From Centroscyllium fabricii (lineage: Eukaryota), in contig JBNRSN020000014.1 of assembly GCA_051313645.2 (NCBI GenBank), forward strand, positions 78,926,001-78,990,000: DNA of 64,000 nt, given 5' to 3'. The first letter of the stretch is position 1, and every line of letters starts with the position of its first letter. Position numbers and translations under genes: made by a program. The notes under the pieces are model-generated. The model did no database searches, was not told the DNA's origin, and saw nothing but the letters and a program-made list of their open reading frames with translations. This document shows positions 37,246 through 49,246 of this stretch, in pieces.

Positions 37246-37425
37246 TTTCTTTCCTTCCCTCTTTCCCTAGTAACAATAAGTCCAGTACTTCTGACTGTGG
37301 TTAGAGTGCTACCAATTAAACTGAGCTGACATGACTCAAAAATTAGGTATATCAACTGTAATTCATCCAAGTAGGATTCTCCAAATGTCTTGTCTCTAGT
37401 TTCTCCTTAACTTTATGTTCTTCAG

Positions 37426-38739
37426 CGTAAATCATTAGAAGAACGCCAGCAAGACTCTGGAGATGGTGAATCGAGGATTGTGGGGCTTGAGGAAAAGGCC
37501 GAACTCCATCTCTATCCTGCAGAGAACTGTACCTTAACTGCACTGCCTGGAGTGGCAAAGGTGGTTCACTCGAAAGCCTGCTGTACAGTGCACTGGCAGG
37601 AAACGGGACGGTGCAGACAGAACATAAAGGACACTCATTTACTCCCACAAGCACAGATCCTAGCTAGAGCCTCTGTCACAAAAGATCTGACTGTTCCTCT
37701 CAGCCAAGGAGCACAGGGCTCAATGAAGGGACATGTTAAACAAATACGGGCCACAACAGATGGGCGAACTGGTAGCAAAATGACTGGGTTGTTGACTGGA
37801 GAAGGAGCACAAAGCACTGAAGAGGAATCGCCGCCTTTGGAAGGAATCTCTGCTGAAGAGGCAGCTTCCAGCCAGGAAAGTCCAAAAGCAGAGGAGTTTC
37901 TTGATGTGGGACAAGAGTTAGAAAATGGAGAAAATGTATTTAATTCACCCAAAGCTAATTCTGATGTTTCTACTGAAGAATGCAATGGTAATGAAGCACC
38001 TCTAATGGAGTCCCCAGAAGCAGCTACCTCTGCTGAGCTCTGTGTGTGTGGAGGGATTGTGAACACTGATGAGGCGTCCCTCTTGGACCCAGTTCCTCGT
38101 TACATGAAGTCTTGTCAAAATGTAGTCGTTCCAGAGAGGTGTGTGTGTAAGGATAAATCCTCTGAAAAGGATGTTACTGCCTCAGGCATAAATGGATTTT
38201 CTGGTGATCCCAGTGCTGTGCATTTGGGAACTATAGAAGTGATGGAACTCAGCACTGAACAGTTTGCAGCTTCAGGGCCACAGTTACCCAACAATACCAC
38301 TTCAAAATTGTCCAGTTCAACTACACTAGATGATAGTGATAATGGGACCCCAGCTGCCATTTGCACTCATGAACAGCCAGTGGCATGCACCCTGGAGGTG
38401 TCTGATACTGACTGTCTTCTGAAGCAGGCCTTGATAATTGCTTCTCCCTCTCAGGGACAACCTAGTAGTGCCAGCATTGTTCCAAAGCCACCAAAAGAGG
38501 ATGCTACCCACTTGACCCAGCAGATGCAGGAGGATGGCTGGAGCCCGAGTACCTCTGAGAATTTGACATTGGCTGAATTGTACCTCATGTTGGGGAAACC
38601 CAACAAACTGCAGCTCGAGTATGATTGGGTACAGACCCAGCGGAATAACGCGGAGGAATCTGAGAGGACAAGGGGTGCAAGTCCGAGGTTATTGAAGTGC
38701 TTGCTGCAAATTATCACCACTGAAGTGAATCCTAAACCT
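37426..38739 (+). CDS. CRAMP1: CRAMP1 coding exon 9 (large exon, 438 codons)
   Basis: Open frame RKSLEERQ...LHLYPAENCTLTALPGVAKVVHSKACCTVHW...GWS...LTLAELYLMLGKPNKLQLEYDW...LLKCLLQIITTEVNPKP, donor |GTGAGT, phase 0 to 0. Confidence 0.96.
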
Positions 38740-38990
38740 GTGAGTATACTGGGCAGGTGGGTGGGATTGAAAGGCATGGTTTCTATTAAAATGGTTTGAA
38801 TTCAGATGGTATTTTAAAGGCATAGTGAAAGAGGGAATATTTAAAACCATTTTACATTACTTTGGTTTTTACTTTAAAAAAAAGTCCCAGAAGCTAAAGG
38901 ATGTTGGAAGGTAACTGTGGTAAGTACCTATCCTATAGACTAGTTTAGTTTTACTTTGGGTTTACTTTAAAGGGAGAAAAGTTTAAAATA

Positions 38991-39521
38991 CATGTTGAAC
39001 ACCGTTAATCTGTTACCCGAAAACCCGGCAACTTCGAACGTCCAGCAACGATTTCCCCGACTGCCCTGCGTATGTGCAAAATGGCCGCTGCGATTGATGC
39101 TTCGGTGAATGATCTGTGGATGCGCCGAATGGCGAGCGCATGCGCAGATCATTCAAAATGGCCACCGGAAGTTTTGAATGATCTGCGCATGCGTCGCTGA
39201 ACGGCGATCGCATGCGCAGACCATTCAAAACTTCCGCTGGCCATTTTGAATGATCTGTGCATACGCTCGCCATTCGACGGCGCATGCGCGGATCATTCAA
39301 AACTTCGCGGCAGCCATTTTGCATGATCTGCGCATGCGCTCGTCGTTCGGCGGCGCATGCGCAGATCATTCAAAATTTCGCGGCAGCCATTTCCAATGTT
39401 CTGTGCATGCGCGCGGCCATTTTGAATGGTGCGCGCACTGGACGGCTTCATTCTTCTGTTTTTTTCACTATACCGGCATGGGCCTGGTCCCGCCCGTGCC
39501 GGATTAACGGTCTTCAACCTG
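38991..39521 (+). mobile_element. MITE family A, copy A3 (subfamily)
   Basis: TA|CATGTTGAACACCGTTAATC ... GATTAACGGTCTTCAACCTG|TA with tandem GCGCATGCG modules. Confidence 0.85.
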
Positions 39522-39925
39522 TATTATACTCGGGCTTCCTTCATTCTTAAATGGCAATACTAATGACCTCATTGAAGAAATTCTGCAGCTGATGACTTTA
39601 TTCCTGTGAAAGAAATTTCCCTGGTTATTCCCAGCACTTTGGAAATAAAGGCAAATATTTACAAACTGTGCAGGGGCAATCTATGATCACTAAATGGTGT
39701 TTCAGTAGAATTTCTCTAAGGGTCAATTTGTAAGAAATCTTAACCATTCTTCGTGTCACTGGGTCACTGCTTGATTTATCAGCAGAAATTGTGAGGCTCC
39801 TCTGTTAGTACAGAGTCTCAATAAATGGTCCAAATTGATGACATCTTGTGCAAAAGTTGGTGCATAAAATGTAAATCCTGATTTTTTTGGAGTTTTGGAA
39901 GTTTACTCTTGGTATGTATGAATGT

Positions 39926-41381
39926 AAGATAAGATAAGATTCAATTTATTGTCATTGTAAAGTGAACATACACAAAACAACGAAATGCAAACATGCAATC
40001 TCCCAAATTATTAAATGTCCTTGGTCCCAGTCTGATCCATTCCATCCCCCCAGGCGCTGCAGCCATGATGCGCCCGGTGCCGGCCACGCAGGCCCTGGCG
40101 CTCCAGCCACGACGGCCCCACGGCTTCACCGAGCCCGACGGCCCCACTGCTTCACACGGCCCCACGGCTTCACCGAGCCCGATGGCCCCACGGCTCTCCG
40201 AGCCCGACGTCCCCACGGCTTCACCGAGCCCGACGTCCCCACGGCTTCACCGAGCCCGACGTCCCCACGGCTTCACCGAGCCCGACGTCCCCACGGCTTC
40301 ACCGAGCCCGACGGCCCCACGGCTCACCGAGCCCGACGGCCCCACGGCTTCACCGAGCCCCACGGCCCCACGGCTTCACCGAGCCCCACGGCTTCACCGA
40401 GCCCGACGGCCCCACGGCTTCACCGAGCCCGACGGCTTCACCGAGCCCGACGGCCCCACGGCTTCACCGAGCCCGACGGCCCCACGGCTTCACCGAGCCC
40501 GACGGCCCCACGGCTTCACCGAGCCCGACGGCCCCACGGCTTCACCGAGCCCGACGGCCCCACGGCTTCACCGGGCCCCACGGCTTCACCGAGCCCCACG
40601 GCTTCACCGAGCCCGACGGCCCCACGGCTTCACCGAGCCCCACGGCCCCACGGCTTCACCGAGCCCCACGGCTTCACTGAGCCCGACGGCCCGACGGCTT
40701 CACCGAGCCCGACGGCTTCACCGAGCCCGACGGCCCCACGGCTTCACCGAGCCCGACGGCCCCACGGCTTCACCGAGCCCGACGGCCCCACGGCTTCACC
40801 GAGCCCCACGGCCCCACGGCTTCACCGAGCCCCACGGCTTCACTGAGCCCGACGGCCCGACGGCTTCACCGAGCCCGACGGCTTCACCGAGCCCGACGGC
40901 CCCACGGCTTCACCGAGCCCGACGGCATCACCGAGCCCCACGGCTTCACCGAGCCCGACGGCTTCACCGAGCCCGACGGCCCCACGGCTTCACCGAGCCC
41001 GACGGCTTCACCGAGCCCGACGGCCCCACGGCTTCACCGAGCCCGACGGCCCCACGGCTTCACCGAGCCCGACGGCCCCACGGCTTCACCGAGCCCGACG
41101 GCCCCACGGCTTCTCCGAGCCCGACGGCCCCACGGCTTCTCCGAGCCCGACGGCCCCACGGCTTCACCGAGCCCTACGGCCCCACGGCTCTCCGAGCCCG
41201 CTCTCAGCACCCCGGCGCTCCGACGACCACGACGGCTTGTTCAGCACCGGTGCCCCAATTGAGGAGCACCGGTGCTCTACTCCACCGACCCCGCCGTCCT
41301 CTCCAGGAACAGTGCGGGAACCAGGGACATTAAAAAAACGGGAGACGCAAAGCCGCTGCGTCTATGTGCGCCGCCATCTTG
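39926..41381 (-). mobile_element. Non-autonomous retroposon containing an expanded GC-rich minisatellite
   Basis: On the minus strand it starts CAAGATGGCGGCG and ends AATGACAATAAATTGAATCTTATCTTATCTT (polyA signal plus short-repeat tail). Family not identified. Confidence 0.55.
40110..41200. repeat. GC-rich minisatellite of 26-bp (CTTCACCGAGCCCGACGGCCCCACGG) and 18-bp units
   Basis: Directly visible tandem array. Confidence 0.97.
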
Positions 41382-42144
41382 TCTGAGGGAATACAAATGT
41401 GGTTCTTCCTTGTGCACCAAGATGCCAGCTGTCTATGAGGGAATACAAATGCCATTATCGTAGAGTTCAGACTACAGGCAAAGTTCATGGTGTGTCAGCA
41501 GAGCCTAGAAAATTAACATTAAATTGCACATAGAAATAAATACAGGATCTTTTAATTTGGGCCACGACCGTGAAGAAAGTAGCACTTTTTGTGTGTGCAT
41601 TATTTCAAAATTTGTGGATTTTGCAGGTTTTAAACTTACACTTTACTCTGTGGTTTGTTCACTTCTGAAAAGAACCCTACCACTTGTTGGGATCTGCCAT
41701 GGTCAACCTTCACTTTAAAATGGGAAGCCCATGAGTTAGCTACATTTTTGTGTCTATGGAAGAGATTCCAAAATGTTAGCATACTTTGATTCATGTTATT
41801 CCCTTAATAAAATAAATAAGGCATTAGACACTAGGGCTTGAAATGAATAGAAATTGTTAGCTGCTATACCAATAGCTAAAAGCATAATAGAAATTAAATC
41901 TTCTGCACAAATGTATGTTAACGACAGTTTGTAAAAGCCTGTGTGTGACACTCCCAGCGTGTTAGAACACTGAGTAGGGAACAAACATTGTTCAGTGAAA
42001 GCATTAAAATGGCATTGAACCAATCACACTACCACTGACTTCTTGCTAAATGTGGCTCAGTGGACCAGTAGAGATTTGGAGACCTGAGGAATGCATAGAA
42101 GACTTCAGTGCTACTCTCTCATGCAGCTCTTTTGTAATGTATAG

Positions 42145-42310
42145 AGTCCAGAATCTAGCTCTGTGGCGACATCTCCAATGAAGTCAAACCATGAAGATCA
42201 GATGCACACTCCACCAGGGAAAGTGATCACTCTTGCACGTAGTCCTGGCTGTGTCCGAAATACTGCAGCAATTCGAACTAACAAAACAGTTACTCCCACC
42301 GCTGCTTCAG
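42145..42310 (+). CDS. CRAMP1: CRAMP1 coding exon 10 (SPESSSVATSPMK...TPPGKVITLARSPGC)
   Basis: ATAG acceptor, CAG|GTTAGT donor, phase 0 to 1, TPPGKV motif. The nearby alternative AG makes the exact start slightly less sure. Confidence 0.88.
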
Positions 42311-43589
42311 GTTAGTGCACTGTCCAGTGAGTCCAAGGAATGGGGATTTATATGAAAATCTAAAGGTATACTGTGTTGTGCTGCTATGTACAATCTTCTT
42401 CAATATTATCTGTTCCACTCAACATAGGTTTGATTGCTTCTGCAATATAGTCAAACTATGGTGTATGAAGCAGTGATTTGAAGACCAGGACCAGCAGAGT
42501 TCAAAGATAGTGATTTTTATTGGTCCCAGCTCTTTTCAGTATGCCTGATACTTTTTGAACTGTACTGAACAATATAGAAAAGTTATTGTCTCCTTTCCGG
42601 CCAGTAATTCTAGGGGGAATATTAAGTTTTATAATTGCACACCTGCAATTTGCAGAATTCTGAGGTACAGTCCCCACTGGTTATAGCCGGAGCTTTGGTG
42701 TTGGCGCGATTTGTCCGCCATAAGAAGTGACGGTAAATTGTAAGATAACATCGGTGTAAGTGTTGCGTGTCTTTGTTATAATACTTTGAGCTAATAAATT
42801 GAACAAAACCTGTATCAGCAGAGTCGCTCAGCAATGCAACAGTTGGTGAAATTTTAAATATTGAAAATTCCTTTTAATTAAAAATGCTTCTTTGTTTTCT
42901 TTCCAGAATATAAGAGAACTTATCAGCCTCTCCTCACTGTTTGAATCTAATTGTAACCTCGCTTGTAAATGGCCACACTGTAGCAGTAAATGGCAGATAT
43001 TTATAATGTTTTCCAGAGCTGTAAGATTTCCGATCCTGTGAAGCATACAGTGTAAAAAAAGAATGTGATAAAGGGCAGATTATTAATATTTTGTGACAAA
43101 GCTTCCACCTCCCATATCTTGTCTCTGGCCAGGTGCTCTAATACCTGTATTACAACAGTGATGTGTTATAAGCGGCGCCTTTGTAATTGAATTCAATGGT
43201 AATGACAAATGGTTAGTGCCATTTACCCAATATAGGCAGCTGCCTGTGATGAGTGTGGTGGTACAAACGGTCTGGGGATTGTACTAAATATTGAAAAGTC
43301 ATATCAGCAATAAGAATTTTCTCTCGGGGCGGTGCGGGGGGGGGGGAGTTAAAAGCAGAACAATCCATAAATTTGCAAACTGCATACATAATAGTGATTA
43401 TATTGGCCAATTTCTGATTTCCTCTTTTCTTTGGAAACCTGGTAAAAGTTACTGTTGCTTTAAGAATAAGATGATGTGCTCTGCACCATTGGCATACCTC
43501 TTGACTTGCCAACGGAAATCTGGGATATCTAAAACTGTTTGTCCAGAAATTTGCAGTGCCAGGCACAAAATATGCCAATCTTCAGCTAA

Positions 43590-45150
43590 TTCAGTTCCCT
43601 CAACTTGACACCAAGAAACAGCTGAGTTCACTGGACACAGCAAAGGCTACAGGCCTTGACAATATCTCGGCTGTAATGCTAAAGACCATTGCTCCAGAAC
43701 TAGCCACGCCCTTAGCTAAGCTGTTCCAGTACGGTTACAATACTGGCATCTACCCGACAATGATTAGCGCCATTTGCCCGATATAGGCAAAAGGCTCTGG
43801 TATGTCCTGTCCACAAAAAGCAGGACAAATCCAACCTGGCCAACTACCACCCTATCCGCCTACTCCCAATCATCAGCAGAGTGATCAAAGGAGTAATCAG
43901 CAATGCTATCGGGTGGCTAACCTGTTCACCGATGCTCAGTTTGGGTTCCGCCAGAACCACTCCGCTCTAGACCTCGTCACAGCTTTGGTTCAAATATGGA
44001 CGTGAGTTGAATTCCAGAGGGGAAATGAGAGTGACTGCTCTTGACAACAAGGCAACATATGACTGTGTGTGGCACCAAGGAGCCCTAGGAAATGAAGTCA
44101 ATGGGGATCGGGGGAAATCTGTCCACTAGCTGGAGTCAGATTGTGGTGGTTGGAGGCCAATCATCTCAGTCCCAGGACATCGCTGCAGGAGTTCCTCAGG
44201 ACAGTGTCCTAGGCCCAACTACCTTCAGCTGCTTCATTAATGACCTTCTCTCTATCATAATGTCTGAAGTGGGGCTGTTCACTTATGATTGCAGTGTTCA
44301 GCTTTATTTACAATTCTTCAGATAATGAAGCAGTCAACGCCCACATGCAGCAAAGACCTGAACAACATCCAGGCTTGGGCTGATAAGTGGCAAGTAATCT
44401 TCGTGCCACTTATCATTACTGCAATAACCATCTCCAACAAGAGCAAGCATAATCACCTGACCTTGACATTCAGTAGCATTACCATCACAGAGTCCCTCAC
44501 CATCAACATCCTGGGGGTCACCATTGACCAGAAACTGAACTGGACCAGCCACATTAATGTCATGGCTACAAGAGCAGGTTGGAGGCTGCATGAGTGGCTC
44601 ACCTGCTGACTCTCCAAAGCCTCTCTACCACCTACAAGGCACAAGTCAGGAGTGTGATGGAATGCTGTCCACTTGCATGGATGGGTGCAGCTCTAACAAC
44701 ACTCGAAGCTCTACCTACCATCCAGGATAAAGCAGGCTGCTATGATTGACGCCCATCATCTAGCTTGAACATCCAGTCCCTCCACCACTGGCGCACTGTG
44801 GCTGCAGTGTGTACTATCTGTAGGATGCACTGAGCAACTCGCCAAGGCTTCTTCAGTAGCACCTCCCAAACCCTCCACCGCCACCACCTAGAAGGACAAG
44901 GGCGGCAGGTGCATGGGAACACCATCGCCTCCCAGTTCCCCTCAAACCACACATACCATCCTGATTTGGGCATATATCGTCGTTCCTTCACTGTCATTGG
45001 GTCAAAATGCTGGAATTCCCTATCTAGTAGCATTGTGGGAGCACCTTGATCACATGTAGCAGCGGCTCAAGAAGGCCCACCATCGCCACCTTCTCCAGCA
45101 AATAAGGATGGGCAATAAATGGCCATCAACTTCCACAAATCCCAAGAATT
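43590..45150 (+). mobile_element. CR1-superfamily LINE fragment (RT domain, disrupted)
   Basis: KATGLDNISAVMLK, QFGFRQNHS, GVPQDSVLGPTTFSCFINDL and ILGVTIDQKLNW across frameshifts. Confidence 0.88.
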
Positions 45151-45852
45151 AATTTTCTTTTAAAGCTTGTTTATAATGAGTCAGCTTACTTATTGGGGAA
45201 CCGATTTATTGCATTTAAATTTTGAAAATTGTTGCCTGTGAGAAACAAAAGATGCATGCAGAATGAAACAATGATTTGAATCACCAGCGTCCATGGCACA
45301 CACGGCCAGAACTTCTGATCATTTTGCAATTGCAGGTCACATCTTCTGAGAATAATTTGTCATTCTGTAGATAGATAGCACTCAAACTTAAAGGAGAACC
45401 TCGACAGCTCTGTAGGGTTACAACCAATATGGCGTCCTGCCAAGGTCTTTCAGCAGAAGCTCCCTCTGTTTCAAGCAGGGTCATTTTTAATAATTCTGCC
45501 AAAATGTAACTATCATTTGACAGACCTGGCTAGAAAATCATTAAAACCATTGCAAAGGATGCCTTGATGTCTCAGTGATTTTATCCAGTATGTAACTGAG
45601 CCATACTTGCATATAGATTTCAGGTTCATTCCCCAACCTGTGTTGATAATAGAACTCAGTGGCAGCAGGCCAGAATTGACCTCTGCATCCCTGGAATAGG
45701 GAAGGGAAAATAGACTGACATTTCTGTTCCTAGTTGATACTTAGGTTGTTATTTACAGTGAATTTGTAAGCATGTTCTTTTTGAATATGTTAATGGTTTT
45801 GCCACAAATATTGATCAGAAGAAATTTCATGAATGTAGTTATGACATTGATG

Positions 45853-46708
45853 CAGGTTGTGCACCGTTAATTCGGCACGGGCGGGACTAGGCCTATGCCG
45901 GGAAAGTGAAAAAACCGGGAGAATGAAGTCAGACAGTGCGCATGCGAGCACCATTCAAAATGGCCGCGCGCATGCGCACAGCATTGCATATGGCTGCCGA
46001 ACGGCGAGCGCATGCACAGATCATGCAATAATGGCTGCCGCAAAGTTTTTTTATCTTTTCGGCTTATGGGCTCAGGCTTTCGTGGCGTTCCGTTGAGCTT
46101 TTAGGGCTGTCGGGCAGCAGTGACAGGCCGGTCTTGCAGGGGGGGAAGGAAGGTTGTGCGGGTCGGGCCCAGTAGGTCTGCCTTCCCTCGCCATCGCCTT
46201 TGGGATTGCTGCTGCTGCCGCCGAGCCGGTTTGTGACGGGAGCCCGGACTCGGGCTGACAGCTGCAGCCTGGTGACTGTCTGCCTCAGTCAAGAGGCTCA
46301 GCTGCTTGTGTTGAAACCGCAGTCCACTGTTGAACATACTAACCCTGACCCTGTGAGTGGGCTGTGGATCGAGATGCTTTCTCTCCCACTCACACTTTTA
46401 CAAAGTATTAAAAGTAATTGTATTAAAAGTATTGCAGTGTAGCTGCAGCCGCCCAGCACCCGCCGTGCGTGGCAGATCCATACCGTTCGGCAGCGCACGA
46501 ATGAGGAGGCAAAGGTCAGTCCAGCCTCCGGCGGCCGTTTTGAATGATCTGCGCATGCGCTCGCCATTCGGCGGCGCATGCGCGGATCATTCCCCGAAGC
46601 ATCGTTCGCGGCGGCCATTTTGTGCATGCGCAGGGCAGTCGGGTCAATTTGTCCTGGAAGACTGAAGCTGCCGGCTTATTGGGTAACAGATTACCGGTGC
46701 ACAACCTG
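45853..46708 (-). mobile_element. MITE family A, copy A4
   Basis: CAGGTTGTGCACCG ... CGGTGCACAACCTG, flanked by TG rather than TA. Same orientation as A2. Confidence 0.85.
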
Positions 46709-46730
46709 TGGGGGTGTGTGTGTGTGTGTG

Positions 46731-47273
46731 TGTGCACCTTTAATCCGTTACCCGATAAGCCGGCAACTTCAGTCTTCCGGAACAAATTGCCCCGACTGCC
46801 CTGCGCATGCGCAAAATGGCCGCCTCGATCGATGCTTCAGTGAATGATCTGTGTATGCGCCGTTGAACGGTGAGCGCATGCACATTCACAATGGCCGCCG
46901 CGAAGTTTTTAATGATCCACGCATGCGCTGCCGAACGATCCCGGGCCGGGTCTTCCTGAGCCTGGCCTCGCCTTACCAAGCAGGGCCGGGGCTTCCCGAG
47001 CCGGGCCTCGCCTTCCCGAGCCGGGCCTCATCGAGCCTTCCCGAGCCGGGCCTCACCGAGCCTTCCCGAGCCGGGCCTCACCGAGCCTCCCCGAGCCAGG
47101 CCTTACCGAACGATAAGCGTATGCGCAGACCACTCAAAATGGCCGCCGGCAGTTCGTGGTGGCCATTTTGAATGGTCTGCGCATGCGCTCGCCGAAGCTT
47201 TACTCGTTTGGGATTTTCACTTTGCTAGCGCGGGCCTGGTCCCGCCCGTGCCGGATTAACGGTGCTCAACCTG
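46731..47273 (+). mobile_element. MITE family A, copy A5 (left TIR eroded by a GT microsatellite)
   Basis: GTGCACC...GGTGCTCAACCTG|TA with internal CCGAGCCGGGCCTC tandem repeats. Confidence 0.8.
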
Positions 47274-47745
47274 TATATAATTATTTTTATAGACTAAACC
47301 AGGGATGAGGCCATGAAGGGATTTAAACAAGAGAATGAGAATTTTTAATTGAAGGTGTTGGGTGCCAATGTAGGTCATCAAGGACACTGGGTAATGGGTG
47401 AGCTTTTGTCCCAAGATGCAAGCACTTACTGAGTACCTGCATTGTTGTAATTTTGCCCATCATTCCTTGACATGATAGGTGACCGTCTTCCCTTGAGCCA
47501 CCATGGTCTACAAGAGCTCCCAATGTGAGGCAGGCCGAGTGTGGACCAGGAGCTCATACATTAGATAAATGAAGCTACCTTCACAAAATCAAGTGAGGCC
47601 AGCACACTAACTGGCTAATGGCTAACTGGCTAAAAACACACCACTTGACTAATGCCCAATTGCAAAATATATGTTTGGATGTCACAAATGAGAATAAAAG
47701 TTCTTTCTGTATCGAATGTGTCATTAATTATTTTATTGTTTTCAG

Positions 47746-47936
47746 GAATGCGTAATGTGCAGAAGACGTTGGTGGTGCCATGTTCATCTGGTAGCTCAGG
47801 AAATTCAAGCAGTGATGCAGACAGTGGGGTGTTTGCAGTTCCTACAATTCTGCCGCCCAACAGTAGGCATAACAAGATGTATTCACCCAGCAAAGAGACT
47901 GAGCTGACGTTCAGACAGCAACTGGATTCTTTCAGT
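47746..47936 (+). CDS. CRAMP1: CRAMP1 coding exon 11 (…GVFAVPTILPPNSRHNKMYSPSKETELTFRQQLDSFS)
   Basis: TTTTCAG acceptor, |GTGAGT donor, phase 1 to 0, conserved FAVPTxLPPNSRH motif. Confidence 0.95.
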
Positions 47937-48588
47937 GTGAGTTGAACTTTTTCTGTGAATGACACTGGGGAAGAGGCTAGTGTGTATTTTACTATGATTG
48001 GTAATAATGGCAAAGAGAGTGTTGAAGGATGGGACTGCAATAGTTCACCAGTCCTGCACATTATTCGACAGATTGTTAAATTTGAGACTACAATGAATAA
48101 TAGCAGCATTCTTGGCCAGTTCTGACTCTTCTGGAATCCCAAGAATTGCTTTTGTTGACGAGTTAAGTTGGACTGTGCTGATTATTTTATACTGTACTGT
48201 TATAATCAACAGATCTGATTTAATTGTGTTATGTAGTTAGTCAGTAGTTCAACTTTGTTAGCTCCTGCCGTGCAGACGTCTAGTGGCAGTACAATGATAG
48301 CAAGACATACTTGGGTAGTTTTGTTTTTTGGGCGCCCAATAGTTTAATATGATTTACTGATGGTACCATTTATGTGCAACAAACTGCTGATTATCGTGTT
48401 AAACTTATGGTGTTTGAATAATTACTTTATTAACCACTATTAACTTGATCACATATCAGGTGTGATAAGTATCCTCCCTATAGTTGGAGTAAAGTAAGGG
48501 AGCTTTACTCTCCATTTGTCCATGTTTATATCTCACCGAGGCAAGTTTGAAATTGTTCCATTCCCTAGCACTGACCTGCATCACTTTA

Positions 48589-49246
48589 AGCCCCGCTTTC
48601 ACTGGAGGCTACGAATTCCCGATTTCTCCCGAATCTGAAATTTGTCCGATTCGTGGGTAATTCTTGCAATTCGTAAACGATTCGTGGTTGATTCGTGGAG
48701 GATTCGTAGAGTTCGCGTAAGTTCGCGTGATTTCTTTGATTTTTCAAGAAAGTTTTTGTTTGTCAAAAAATTTCGTGGGAGGGTTAACGAATGTCCAATT
48801 CGTGATAGATTCCTAAACAATTCGTGACCCTTTCTTATCGTTCTTAACCGTTTCTTAATCGCTTCTTCTGCATTCTTGTCTATTCTTGGGCATTCTTGAC
48901 TCCCTCAAATTCGTGGACCCACGCCGAATACATCACGAAACAGGCACGAATGTCCACGAATCAGGTACGAATCAAGTACGAATCGGTCGTAGTGGATTCG
49001 TACAGTAATTCGGCACATTCGTAAGTGAGTTCGTTAAATTCTTACCTGATTCTTTGAATTCGTACTTGTTTCTTAAACCATTCTTGACATTCGGCACGAA
49101 TAATTCGTAATCAATTCGTAGTGGATTCGTAGCTCCTCCCGAATCCACCACGAATTTTCAAATTTTTTTGCCGAATCGCCACGAATTTCGATACGTGACG
49201 ATTCTTGATATTCTTGATATTCTTAGCCTCCAGTGAAAGCGGGGCT
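48589..49246 (-). mobile_element. PIF/Harbinger-type MITE family C, copy C3 (inverted relative to C2)
   Basis: Same TIRs and exact TTA duplication. Near-identical reverse complement of C2. Confidence 0.9.

Larger units (their letters stand above)
34337..37425 (+). other. U12-type (minor spliceosome) GT-AG intron
   Basis: 5' splice site GTATCCTTTT, branch point TCCTTAAC at 37404-37411, 12 nt before the AG at 37424-37425. Joins exons 8 and 9 in frame. Confidence 0.93.

Noticed and set aside
39993-41333. 446-aa and 294-aa Pro/Thr/Arg-rich ORFs
   Set aside because: They are translations of a stop-free minisatellite that cycles through frames, have no splice context and lie inside a CRAMP1 intron.
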